Below, one piece after another: positions 1 through 11,565 of a DNA stretch of 64,000 bases (its first letter is position 1; each line of letters starts with the position of its first letter). The notes under the pieces were generated by a model that saw nothing but the letters and a program-made list of their open reading frames with translations, did not search any database and was not told the origin of the DNA. Both the position numbers and the translations under genes were made by a program. The stretch is taken from the NCBI GenBank assembly GCA_977016875.1, contig CDRNST010000219.1, positions 434,001 through 498,000 of the forward strand, written 5' to 3'. The stretch comes from Pavona decussata (lineage: Eukaryota).

Positions 1-1500
1 TAGTTTCCAGTTCTTTTTCCGACACATGCAGCAGTCCAAATAACTGAATACACAAAAAGAAATAAACAAAAGCTTATAAAGAGGAAGATGGCGGGGACAC
101 CGGTTGGGGAACTGTGGGAAATAAGGTTGACGGGCTCATAACTTTCCCTTTTTTTCACCGTTTAACAATAACAACATACACTTCAGTTTGCGCGCCCCTT
201 GCCATTCAGTAAGCCCAGACGTGATTATGTGCAAGGCCTTGTCAGCCTTGTGACATGCAGGAGTTGATACATCTCAGCTTTCTGTGTCCTGTCAGGGACT
301 GTAGGTAAAAACAAGAGTCAACAGAGTTTGCACTAGTAGCGTTCTACTGAACATCATGTTCTGGAAATACGTTCACTATCGGGGAAAACGGTTTTGTTAT
401 TTGAGTGCAGAATAGTCATTATGTGATGATCCAGGGCGCATAAGAATCTGTGACGGGCATTTCTTGCTCGACCTGGTAACCATGGATGCTTTCAGTAAGA
501 GCCGGTCTTTGAAATCTCAGTTGAAGTGTGACGTAGGCGGGGAGCCGCGGAAGAGTTGAATTTTTTCTGGTAAATGACGGTGGATCTTCATAGCCCGTCC
601 TTTTCACTAGGTGTTAAATGAACTTTTCGTATGCATCAGCAGAAGCTTAGAGCCTGACCATAATCGGTTTATTTTAACTTTATCATCTGTTTCGTCTGCT
701 CTCTTAAAGGTACGATTTGTAGATCAATCATTCCTTGATCTTTGGTTAGTGACTGAAATGCCAGGCCACTGTGTCAGTAAGCACAGGGAACTTTCGCCTC
801 AACTTTCAAATTTTTGCCATTTTTATGAGGGGCATTGCGCTGAAACTAAACCTGCGATTTTGTATTTGTTGCGTTGACATACTTTCTTCCGAACAACTGA
901 AGCAAATTCCTTTTTCAGTCACAACACCACGTCCTCCCAGAAGTTTCCAAAGAACAAATTGCAGAAAGACGAGAAAATTTAGATGTTGCCTATAATTCTG
1001 GCTGATATGAACCATGAAACAATTTGAATGGATCTCATCCTCCTTTCCTTTTTCAACGTTGCTTTCTCCGACAACAACAACAACAACAAATTTTATTTTA
1101 ATACCACACTGGAATATAGAGGAAATAAATGAGTAAACTATACTTATGCAAGGGAAAATGCCACCTAGAAAATAACTAATAAGCTAGACGTCTAGCTAGG
1201 AGGCATAAGAATAATTACATCAGTGTATGTATAAATGTCAAAAGTAGTCGTAACAGGGAGGAACAAGACAGTACAAAAAATAAAAATAAAACACACACAA
1301 AAGACTTTTAAGTAAAATTGTGAGGAAAAAAAGGAGGAAATGTTGAAAGATTGTTTTCTCCACAAAACATGTTCCATTCTAATAACGGTTACGATAAAAC
1401 AACATTGAGTCAGCATTGAGTGAGAAGAGGGGTGTTTAAAATAATATTTGACCCAGATTGTAGGTATATTAACAGTATGATGGATAAATTTAGCACTCAC

Positions 1501-2427
1501 TTTGTTAACATATTCGATGAGCTTATCCAGATTTTTATACCAAGTGTTGGCATTCTGGTATTGGAAATCTCCACCCATGGTCATCAGGATATGGTTTGTC
1601 TTGTAGTGTGCGGCTTGATCGAATGCTGCTTGCACAAATCTGTCCACTCTATCCTCGACATTGTAATCAAACAGGTTCCGGTCATCTTGTATAGGGGGGT
1701 CCGTACACGACTGATCATAACAAAACCCGCGGGGAGGGAAATATTTGTTGTAAAGTACTCCTACAAAAATGTCGGAATCTTGTCCCAGATTTCTGCTTCC
1801 TCTCCATACTAATTCCATGCTTTGTTGCTCAAGGCGAAGCTTTTTATCAGCGTAATCGATACGACCCAAGAAGAAAGCATCGAATGACATTTGAGAAAAC
1901 ATGGAGGCTTGTTCATTGGAATGCCCGAACGGATCAATATGCCAGGCTATTCGTGGCCTAGCATCGGGACCGAATGTTTCTTCCACAAAGTTCAAACCGT
2001 AAGTCATCTGATCAATAATCGCGTTGTAATGTGTGGCGGCTTCATCGTTCATGCACCAACCTGCGTTTATAAACTCCAATCTTTTGCCTCTAACAAGTTC
2101 CTTCACCTTCGCTTGTGTAGCGTTGCTTTGTTCGTTCCACCATCGCTCGAAGAACGCGATTTCCACGTAAATGAAGCGCTTTTTAGGATCTGCAACTAAC
2201 TGGGGGATGACAGAATCTAAAATATACTGGACTCCAGCTCTAGCATTTGGGATGGAATTATTAGCGCCATAATAATATTCATCGACTGTTTTCAACCAGC
2301 CCACGTCGTCATGTGTGTGCGGAACAAGATGGACCTGCAGTTTATCTTCATCCAATCTCGACGAATCTCTATGTTCAAAACCAAAGCCAAGGCAAACCAA
2401 GGCTAACAACAAAAGGAAAGTGGACAT
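1501..2427 (-). CDS. MAN2B1: Lysosomal alpha-mannosidase (GH38) first exon, copy A: signal peptide + N-terminal catalytic domain
   Basis: ATG at 2427; hydrophobic leader; motifs HTHDDVGW (Zn ligands), WHIDPFGHS (nucleophile Asp), MTMGGDFQY (acid/base Asp). Homology ends at ...IEYVNK, followed by donor GTGAGT at 1500-1495. 927 nt, phase 0. The ORF-track tail to 1192 is intron read-through. Confidence 0.9.
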
Positions 2428-2585
2428 TATCGGGCAGTATTATCGAGGCTGCATTCCTTGTGTTACTTTCAGTTATAGTAAGCACACAGTCATGCTTTGG
2501 TCACGAGATAAAACTGTCATATCACAGCAATTTTTTTCTATGAATCGAATTTCAAATCACAGTGTATTTCTCAAAATCTTCCTTT

Positions 2586-2587
2586 TT

Positions 2588-2631
<44 letters not shown>
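2586..2631. repeat. (CTTT)n microsatellite
   Basis: Direct reading of the sequence. Confidence 0.9.
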
Positions 2632-3365
2632 ATAATAATAATAATAAAAATGATCGTTTATTCAACCTTTTTGCAGTATAAACTGAATTACAAGGCGGGT
2701 CATTAATTACGTACAAATATATCGGACACATAAATATAACTGTTAATGTTAATACATATCACATTTCGCTATTTTAAACAAGATTCTGGTATTTTATGGT
2801 GCAAAAATTTCCAAATCTGTTAGTTCTTGCGGAGGCAGCCACAAAAACAGATTCTCCTGTTCTAAGGGCATACGGTCTTGTGTTCGCAACTCTCGGCACT
2901 AAGCTTCGTAGCAGGTCGGAAGAGGGGTAACTTGGCTTGAGAAATGTTATACACGCATCCTCCCTCCTCTGGCACAGCAAGATTAAGCCTGACTTCTTAA
3001 GCGCGTCCTCATAGCACAGAGAAGGAAAGATAATTTTTAGCGCTCTCTTTTGTATTGACTCAATTTGATCACTTAAGTATTGCGTGAGGCCAGCCCAAGC
3101 GGGACTCGCATACTCGAAAACAGACCTGATGATACTACAATAGACAAGAACAAGTTGCCTATCAGTTAGTCCGCATTTCTTAAGGGCGCGTATTGCATAC
3201 AGCCGATTGTGAAGTTATCGGACAGGTGAACCGCTAACAGCTTGTAACAGGAAACCTTTTCCATCAGAGAGCTTCCAACCAGTAGAGGGGCTGGGGGAAA
3301 CGGGCAATACTGCAAAAAGCTAATGCACATTTCCTTGCATTTTTTACCGTTAAGAACCATTCCCC
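2630..3365 (-). mobile_element. 5'-truncated non-LTR retrotransposon (L2/CR1-group LINE) 3' end
   Basis: Broken frames encode ...KCKEMCISF...YKLLAVHLSDN / RLYAIRALKKCG...YCSIIRSVFEYASPAW...IESIQKRAL (post-RT region); (ATT)n tail near 2632-2646. Confidence 0.85.
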
Positions 3366-4360
3366 TAGAGGAAGCAAACGAGTAAATATCCGAAACAGTA
3401 AAATTCTTTTTTTCTTTCTTCCTTTCTTTCTTTCTTTCCTTCTTTTAAAACTCGACATGACAGAATATTTCGAAACAGATTGATACGGAAGCGTGATTTT
3501 TCAAGTTCAAGAAGAGCATTTTGATCTTTTTTCTCAATCGTGCAGTTAAAATCTTTCAGTCATCGACCGCCTTTTTCAAAGTTGCCTCGTTGCTATCCAG
3601 TCACGTGAACTCATTTCTAGGCTGCAATCGTTTAATTTTTTGTTTTAGTTTTGAATTACCGTGGCACATGCTGTCCAAACTTGATAACCGTCCTTCCTGG
3701 CTGTTACAGTTTTGATTAAAGTTCGATCTGCTCTAGACTTTACCGGCCCGCATTCGCATATTGAAAGCCGCGCCCACGCACACTAGGAGTAAAGATCAAT
3801 TTCGAAAATGGTCGAAGCCTGTGAAGGCGAGTAAACTTCATTGGAAATCCATAAAAAATTAAAGAGGGAGGTCTGAAGACGGCCTGCAATTTGTTGAAAA
3901 TTTTTTTTCGAATCAGAGCAAGGTATGAATTTCCCATCGTGACAAGAAAAAGACGTGTGGAGATCAATCTCTCCAGTTTCCTCGCGTTTATTTTTGCGTT
4001 TAAATCCCGCACTATCTTAAGGTGGCTGGCGCAATATGGCTCAGGTTTCCTGTGGCGTTTTCAGAGCTCCAGAGCCGATTTCCGAATTTCGGATGCGCGG
4101 GAAATGGGGCAAGAGCAAAACAAAGACATCTTTGTTTTGCTCTCGCCCCACTTCCCACGCAACCAAACTTCGGAGAACGCTGAAAACCCAACTGAAACAC
4201 TTGCTACGCAGACTAATTACTTTTCAGCTCTTATACTTTGTCGGACATGTCGGATCATTACTATTATTCTTTATCAGTTGATAATACAAATGATAATAGT
4301 TTCAAACAAATGCCTAAACATTGGCGAACAAGTTATGCAGTGTTTAAAACACGAGCAGCA

Positions 4361-4423
4361 GTGTTTTATCGGGATTTAAAACCACTCGGCTGCGCCTCGT
4401 GGTTTTAAATCCCAATAAAACAC
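4361..4423. repeat. Palindromic core of a non-autonomous DNA element
   Basis: GTGTTTTATCGGGATTTAAAACCAC...GTGGTTTTAAATCCCAATAAAACAC inverted repeat; the same motif recurs at ~4565-4605. Confidence 0.6.
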
Positions 4424-4886
4424 GTGCTGTGAGTTTTTTGAACGGCTTCAAAAACATTCCTGGAAAAGCGTGTGTCAAGAGCGTTCACAACAATGATGCT
4501 TTTATGAACGTTGGAAATTAGCATTCGAGAAAAACATCAAACACCGCATACTAATAAGGAGGAGGTTTTATCGGGTTTTAAAAACACTGACGTGATGTTT
4601 TATCGACCATTTGATAGGTCAATGGGCTTATGAATTATTAATGAGTTTTGAAGTTGTTTTCTCGACATCAAATTGGGGGTGTTTGTTATCGAAGTGGTTA
4701 TAACTAAAAAGCGAGCTCGGTTACCCTCATCTTTTATTATACATATAGAACTCCAATCAGCTTGTTTAGATACAACTTTTCACAAAGTTAAAACAATTCT
4801 GGGGAAGGGTTTCAGAGCCACCTTAAATTTTAAGGCAAGGCTTTTAACAATCTGGCACCTTCGTACAATCGTAATTTACTGATACC

Positions 4887-5600
4887 ATGCACTCCATCTC
4901 GTCAGCTACGCTCAAAATTACAAGGGACCACCACCAGTTCCTACACCTGAAGAACTTGTCGGAATATTTTTCAAATGTGTTGACCAGCCACCTACACGAG
5001 GGTTCGACCCTTCTGTACATCAAAGGCCTCACAGGACTGCTAACGAGGTTGCTCAAAAAACAGGGCATACAAGTTACCAATAAACCTCTCTAAACAAACT
5101 CGAACAAGAATCCCCGGCTCCCAAATTTCGTCCTGTAAAAGTACATCAATGTAGCGTCGTCTACAAAATTCCCTGCACCACATGTTCGTGGAGCTACATT
5201 GGTGAAGCGAGAGGGTCGTTTAGCACCAGGAAAAAAGAACATGCTGGAAACATGAAAATATGCGCCAAAGGTACTAATTTTGCTAACCACGCTTGGTCCA
5301 AAAGCCACCAGATTGCCAAATGCCTCATTCATTGACAAGTCCAATTATCGCCACCTTAAGACCCTTGAGTCCTGGCATACTGCGAAAACTGTTGACGCTG
5401 ACAATAACTCATGTCCACTCCCTAATCAATTCCTTATTCTTCTTAATAAATAATGTTTTTTACAGTTATCACTTCTATTGTACATTTTTTGTATTCATTA
5501 GTCCTCATTTCATATTCTCTTTATATTTTATCCGTTGAAGACAGCAGGATGGTTATCGACAGCATATACCTTTTCAATTTTTTAACCAGAGAACGTTTTA
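4887..5600 (+). mobile_element. Penelope-like element fragment: GIY-YIG endonuclease and 3' end, degenerate
   Basis: Frameshifted translation ...YIKGLTGLLTRLLKKQGI... then VVYKIPCTTCSWSYIGEARGSFSTRKKEH...ANHAW...LESWHT, a PLE-type GIY-YIG domain. Confidence 0.85.
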
Positions 5601-6629
5601 AACTTTTAACCATCTTTCTTACGAATAACTATTGTTGGGCCGTTTATTCTCATACGATTTACAGTGTAGTACAGACTGAAGTACAGTCTTTAGACAGTGC
5701 TTATTTTTAGCATGGGTAGTACGATCTAGCTGGCAAATGGAAGGCTTTTAAAATTCCTTTAAAAGATTGGACGTTTCTGATATCACGGCTAAAGCTGTTC
5801 CATAGTAAGGTCCAAAGTAGCGAAGCGAACCAGACGTAACTGGCAGCGCAATGAACCAATCAGAACTCGAAGGAAATACAAATAACTGGCGCCAAACGCG
5901 GGGAAGCACCTGCGAGCAAATCACGATTGGTCTTGCTTTTGCTTCTCATTGGTTGAGAAATTGGCGCGAGTTTTGCTGACACACTCGACTAAAGCGCGCG
6001 AGAGAAACCTCTGGTCTCCATAGTAATAAGTTCGTTAAAAAGAAGAAAGAACAGTACTTAATTAAACCTTATTTTTACGGTAACAAAATTATCTAATACA
6101 CAGAAAATGAATTTTCTTTGAAACTTTGATCAACACGTGCGTGACTGAAATCAATTTGCTTCACTGACCGGTGTCTTGTGGCATGTCACGCCTCTTGAAT
6201 CTATTTATAGAACAAGTTCTCATCCTTTTTGGCTACTTCTGACGGAAGCAGTTCATATTGTATCCTTCCTTTGCTGAAAACAAATGACACACCGCGGTCG
6301 CGTGCCAAGAGGAAATGCTAGAAGTAAGAAATAGAAAATATATTTTGTTTGAAAATATAGCTTTGGAGTCTTTTAAAAGACCTTTGTGTAAGCTAAAATG
6401 GTTTCCCTCGAGCCGTTTGTTTAAGTGAATTTCCCAGGTTTCTTTGACACATTAACCGATGTTAATTAAGTTTTCATGTTAAAAAAATACCGGAAGATTG
6501 AGGACTGAAATTTCCGTGTAAAAGTTAGCAGAATTTATAAAATAAAATTGGTCGTTAACAAAAAGGCATTTTCTCCTGTTGAGGTGAATGTACGTTTTTC
6601 TGCGGGGAAACACATCTTGGCTCCGGCAC

Positions 6630-6847
6630 ATGACAGAATCTAACACATACTGGACACCAGCATGTTGGATGGAATTATTAGCCCAATAATAATATTCATC
6701 CACTGTTTTCAACCAGCCCACGTCGTCATGTGTGTGCGGAACAAGGTGGACCTGTAGTTTATCCTCGTTCTTCACTGATCCGTCAAACTTACAATCGAAG
6801 GCGGAAACTAAACCAAAAATCGTCACAAAAAAGACCACAGCTAACAT
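6630..6847 (-). pseudogene. 5' fragment of a third, divergent alpha-mannosidase first exon (MLAVVFF... leader), cut by a duplication breakpoint
   Basis: Different signal peptide, then [43 protein letters not shown]. Homology stops abruptly at ~6630, where the sequence switches to the copy of 13852-14805. Conserved Gly is replaced by Trp. Confidence 0.8.
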
Positions 6848-8566
6848 TTCCTACAGTTAAAGTAACACGAATCCGTGTTCGGTGAGCTCATTTACATCTC
6901 TGAGAAAGTCATACTTGAATCACAAGATCACGAGGTATTTTTTTATTTTTGTAAATTCCAAATGAAAGAGCCTGGCACTACTAGTTTCCAGTTCTTTTTC
7001 CGACACATGCAGCAGTCGAAAAACCTGAATACACAAAAAGAAATAAATAAAAGCTTATAAAGAGGAAGATGGCGGGGACACGGGTTGGGGAACTGTGGGA
7101 AATAAGGTTGACGGGCTCATAACTTTCCCTTTTTTTTTTCACTGTTTAACAATAACAACATACACTTCAGTTTGCGCGCCCCTTGTCATTCAGTAAGCTA
7201 GCCCAGACGTGATTATGTGCAAGGCCTTGTCAGCCTTGTGATATGCAGGAGTTGATACATCTCAGCTTTCTGTGTCCTGTCAGAAACTGTAACTTAAACC
7301 AAGAGTCAACAGAGTTTGCACTAGTAGCGTTCTACTGAACATCATGTTCTGCGGAAAATACGTTCACGATCGGGGAAAACGGTTTTGTTATTCTTGAGTG
7401 CAGAATAGTCATGTGATGATCCAGGGCGCATAAAAATCTATGACAGGCATTTCTTGCTCGACCTGGTAACCATGGATGCTGTCAGTAAGGGATGGAAGCT
7501 GGTCTTTGAAATCTCAGTCGAAGTGTGACGTAGGCGAGGAACCGGGGAGGAGTTGATTTTTTTCTGGTAATTGACGGTGGATCTTCATAGCCCGTCCTTT
7601 TCACTAGGTGTTGAATGAACTTTTCGTATGCATCAGCAGAAGCTTAGAGCCTGACCATAATCGGTTTATTTTAACTTTGTCATTTGTTCCGTCGGCTCTG
7701 TTAAAGGAACGATTTGTTGATCAATTACTCCTTGATCTTTGGCTAGTGGCTGAATTTCCAGGTCACTGTGTCAGTAAGCACAGGGAACTTTCGCCTCAAC
7801 TTTCAAATTTTTGCGATTTTTATGAGGGGCATCGCTGAAACTAAACCTGCCAATTTGAAGTATTTGTGACGTTGATATACTTTCTTCCAAAAAACTATTG
7901 TGTGTCGTCTATAATGTATTTATGTTGTATTTTTTGGTTAATGACAAAATAAACGAATTTAATTTAATTTAATTGAAAAAAACTGAAGCAATTACTTCCT
8001 TTTTCAGTCACAACACCACGTCCTCCCCGAACTTTCCAAAGAACAAACTGCAGAAAGACGAGAAAATTTGATGTTGCCTATAATCCTGCACATAAACCTT
8101 GAAACAGTTTGAACGGATCTCATCCTCCTTCCCCTTTTCAACGTTGCTTTCTCCAACAACAAATTTTATTTTAACTACCACACTGAAATATAGAGGAAAT
8201 AAATGAGTAAACTCTACTTATGTAGGGTATAATGCCACCTAGAAATTAACTAATAAGCTAGTCTAGCTAAGAGGCATAACAATAATTACGTTGTATGTAT
8301 AAATGTCAAAAGTAGTCGTAACAGGGAGGCACAAGTACAAAAAATAAAACACACACAAAAGATTTTAAGTAAAATTGTGAGGAAAAAGGAGGACCTGTTA
8401 AAAGAATGTTGTCTCCACAAAACATGTTCCATTCCAACAACGGTTACGATAAAACAACATTGAGTCACCATTGAGTGGAGAGAGGGGTGTATAAAAAAAA
8501 TATTTGATCCGGATTGTAGGTATACAGAGGTATATTAACAGTATGATGGATAAATTTAGCACTCAC

Positions 8567-9487
8567 TTTGTTAACATATTCGATGAGCTTATCCAGATTT
8601 TTATACCAAGTGTTGGCATTCTCGTATTGGAAATCTTCACCCATGGTCATCAGCATATGGTTTGTCTTGTAATGTGCGGCTTGATCGAATGCTGCTTGCA
8701 CAAATCTGTCCACTCTTTCTTCGACATTGTAATCAAACAGGTTCCGGTCATCTTGTATAGGGGGGTCCGTACACGACTGATCATAACAAAACCCGAGGGG
8801 AGGGGCATAGTTATTGTAAAGTACTCCCGCAAAAATGTCGGAATCTTGTCCCAGATTTCTGCTTCCTCTCCATACTAATTCCATCCTTTGCTGCTCAAGG
8901 CGAAGCTTTTTATCAGCGTAATCGATACGACCCAAGAAGAAGCCATCGAATGACATTTGAGAAAACATGGAGGCTTGTTCATTGGAGTGTCCAAATGGAT
9001 CAATATGCCAAGCTATTCGTGGCCTAGCATCGGGACCGAATGTTTCTTCCACAAAGTTCAAACCGTAAGTCATCTGATCAATAATCGCGTTGTAATGTGT
9101 GGCGGCTTCATCGTTCATACACCAACCTGCGTTTATAAACTCCAATCTTTTCTCGCTAACAAGTTCCTTCACCTTCGCTTGCGTAGGTTCGCTTTGTTCG
9201 TTCCACCATCGCTCGAAGAACGCGATTTCCACGTAAATAAAGCGCTTTTTGGGATCTGCAACTAACTGGGGGATGACAGAATCTAAAATGTACTGGACTC
9301 CAGCATGCTGGATGGAATTATTAGCTCCATAATAATATTCATCCACTGTTTTCAACCAGCCCACGTCGTCATGTGTGTGCGGAACAAGGTGGACCTGCAG
9401 TTTATCTTCATCCAATCTCGACGAATCTCTGTGTTCAAAACCAAAGCCAAGGCAAACCAAGGCTAACAACAAGAGGAAAGTAGACAT
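8567..9487 (-). CDS. MAN2B1: Lysosomal alpha-mannosidase (GH38) first exon, copy B
   Basis: ATG at 9487; same motifs as copy A (HTHDD, IDPFGH, MGEDFQY); ends ...YVNK|GTGAGT at 8566; 921 nt, phase 0; about 95% aa identity to copy A by eye. Confidence 0.9.
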
Positions 9488-9591
9488 TATGGCAGTATTA
9501 TCGAGGCTGCATTCCTTGTGTTACTGCTATGGTAAGCACACGGTCTAGCTTTGGTCACGAGATAAAACTGTCATGTCATGGCAATTTTTTC

Positions 9592-9704
9592 TACGAACCG
9601 CATCACGAAGTCACGCAGTCCATCACAAGCAAAAGGCTTAACTGCATCACGCAGTCACATTAATTGCTTGCGATGAGCTGCGTGACTGCGTGATGCGGTT
9701 CGTA
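9592..9704. mobile_element. Short MITE with TA ends
   Basis: TACGAACCGCATCACG...CGTGATGCGGTTCGTA terminal inverted repeats; present upstream of copy B only. Confidence 0.75.
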
Positions 9705-10285
9705 ATGCACTTATTATTGGCTTTCCCGGGGGTTGACCCCCGGGACACCCCCGGGAAACCCTCGGGAACATGCGGGGAATTGTACATTTTTGACAATATT
9801 TTGGGCCCGTGGGGTGGAGACATTGTTTAGTTTTGGAAACAAACGCTTCAGACCCCAGGGATGCACCCCCGGGATTTGGTCATCATTGGTCAGCGGTACA
9901 TGGCATGTTAAAATGGGGTTGACAGAGCTGCGCGATTCCCACTGTGTGTCCGTTGTGTTGATCATGAAAGCCTTTTCAGTTTTGCTTTTACAAGTATGTC
10001 TTTCAGCGATTTTCCTTTTGTATAAGAGATTCTTCCTTAGATCAAAATGTGATGCGACTGCTCTGCGTCCTCTGCTTCATGGTGTTTGTCTTGATCATGA
10101 GGGGGAATTCTCAAATATACTGAATGGAGGGTTTCTTACTGATCATTCTGAGCCATAAGGATTAGTTTTTGATATGCCATTGTGTATGCTAGCTCTGTGG
10201 CATTTGTTAAGGCTTATCGGCTTGGATTGACTGCAAGATTGCAGGTAGCACTAAATAAATGTTATCTGTGAAGATACAGGATCAG

Positions 10286-10435
10286 TAGCCTGCGTAGCAG
10301 TTTTTTCCGTTTCGTTCAAGCCAAGCGGGGTAAGCGCGCGAGGGCATACTACTTTTTTGCTCCTTTTCCCCCAATGCCCTCGCGCGCTTACCCCGCTTGG
10401 CTTGAAGGAAACGGAAACGACTGCTACGCAGGCTA
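10286..10435. mobile_element. Palindromic MITE with TAG...CTA ends and 9-bp TSD (Academ/AcademH-like)
   Basis: TAGCCTGCGTAGCAG...CTGCTACGCAGGCTA; TSD CAGGATCAG at 10277-10285 and 10436-10444. Confidence 0.85.
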
Positions 10436-10636
10436 CAGGATCAGTGGATTTCTTAACTCGTGAATTCATGCTTATGCTATTGGTTCATATCTCTATTGTA
10501 TCTCTATTGTATCTCGCTCGAAGGAAACGGAAACGACTGCTACGCAGGCTGCAGGATCAGTGGATTTCTTAACTCGTGAATTTATGCTTATGCTATTGGT
10601 TCATATCTCTATTGTATCTCGCTGCGGGAAGATTGC

Positions 10637-10761
10637 TAGCCTCCCACGCAAACGTCCTTAGGGGTTCAATTCGTCACGCGTTTCCTTCACCGCGAACGGA
10701 AGGAAACGCGTGGGGAAGGAAACGCGTGACGAACCCCTAAGGACGTCTGCGTGGGAGGCTA
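10637..10761. mobile_element. Palindromic MITE with TAG...CTA ends and 9-bp TSD (Academ/AcademH-like)
   Basis: TAGCCTCCCACGCA...TGCGTGGGAGGCTA; TSD GAAGATTGC at 10628-10636 and 10762-10770. Confidence 0.85.
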
Positions 10762-11205
10762 GAAGATTGCAGGAATTTTTTTAATCACGGATATGAGTGT
10801 CTAACAGATCCTCGTCTTTACAAAGCTCGCTTCGGAGAGCTATAATGCTATAGCTTGTTGCGCTGTCTTTTAGTTCTCTGAGTTGCTTTTTATCTGAAAA
10901 ACAGCTATTGTGTTCTTAGAGCTGACATGTACCTCCATTATTTTGTGGCTTAGCTTGCATCTGCAGCAGATATTTAAAGCTAAGACATGTCTTGTGAGTC
11001 TCTAGGATGCTAGCGAAAAATGAAGGTATTCGGGCTCCTAAGCCCCTGGAGAGGGGGATTTGGCGTGACTCTTATGCCCAATTCCCCGGGGATTTAGAAG
11101 GTTTTTGTTTGATCGTTAAAACAAATCCTCGGGAAAGCCAATGATAAGTGCATTAAGTCCAACCCACAAATGACCCTTGCTCGCCAACGAGTCCTCAGTA
11201 GCTCA

Positions 11206-11565
11206 GTAAAAACCAGTGATAAACTGCGTTTGCAAGGACCACCGTGACAAAATAAAAGTACCGGATCCTGTAGTGAAGGATCTAATCAGCAAAAAAAATT
11301 GTAAAGCAAATAATCTAAAAAAAGAGCAAGGCTGATTTCACGGTCAGGGGAGTATATTTTCCAATATTTCGAAAGGCACGGCCTTTCTTCTTCAGGGTTT
11401 GTTTGAGACTGACCCTGTGGCAAGATACGTTACAATTTTTAACAGTTACAATAGATACCTAAAAAAAAAGACTAAAGTTACATAAACAAAAACGTTTTTC
11501 GAAATATTGGAAAATATACTTCCCTGACCGTGAAATCAGCCTTGCTCTTTTTTTAGATTATTTGC
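11206..11565 (-). mobile_element. Penelope-derived fragment with 69-bp inverted arms and a hammerhead motif, inserted into a tRNA-derived repeat
   Basis: Arms 11306-11374 and 11497-11565; near-perfect direct repeat CCTCAGT(A/G)GCTCA at 11193 and 11565; hammerhead core at 11361-11397 (-). Confidence 0.65.

Larger units (their letters stand above)
9703..11155. mobile_element. Non-autonomous DNA transposon (~1.45 kb) hosting two nested MITEs
   Basis: TIRs TAATGCACTTATTATTGGCTTTCCCG / CGGGAAAGCCAATGATAAGTGCATTA. Confidence 0.8.

Noticed and set aside
611-877. ORF shared between the duplicate units (also 7608-7838)
   Set aside because: Similarity is explained by the DNA duplication; indels change the frame and no domain is recognisable.
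1192-1500. Hydrophobic C-terminal extension of the 411-aa mannosidase ORF, resembling a transmembrane anchor
   Set aside because: It begins exactly at a consensus donor, is T-rich intron sequence, and is frameshifted in copy B.
7585-7625. Minus-strand KVHSTPS as a possible mannosidase exon 2 (YSTPS motif)
   Set aside because: A stop follows within 6 codons, there is no suitable acceptor, and copy A reads HLTP.
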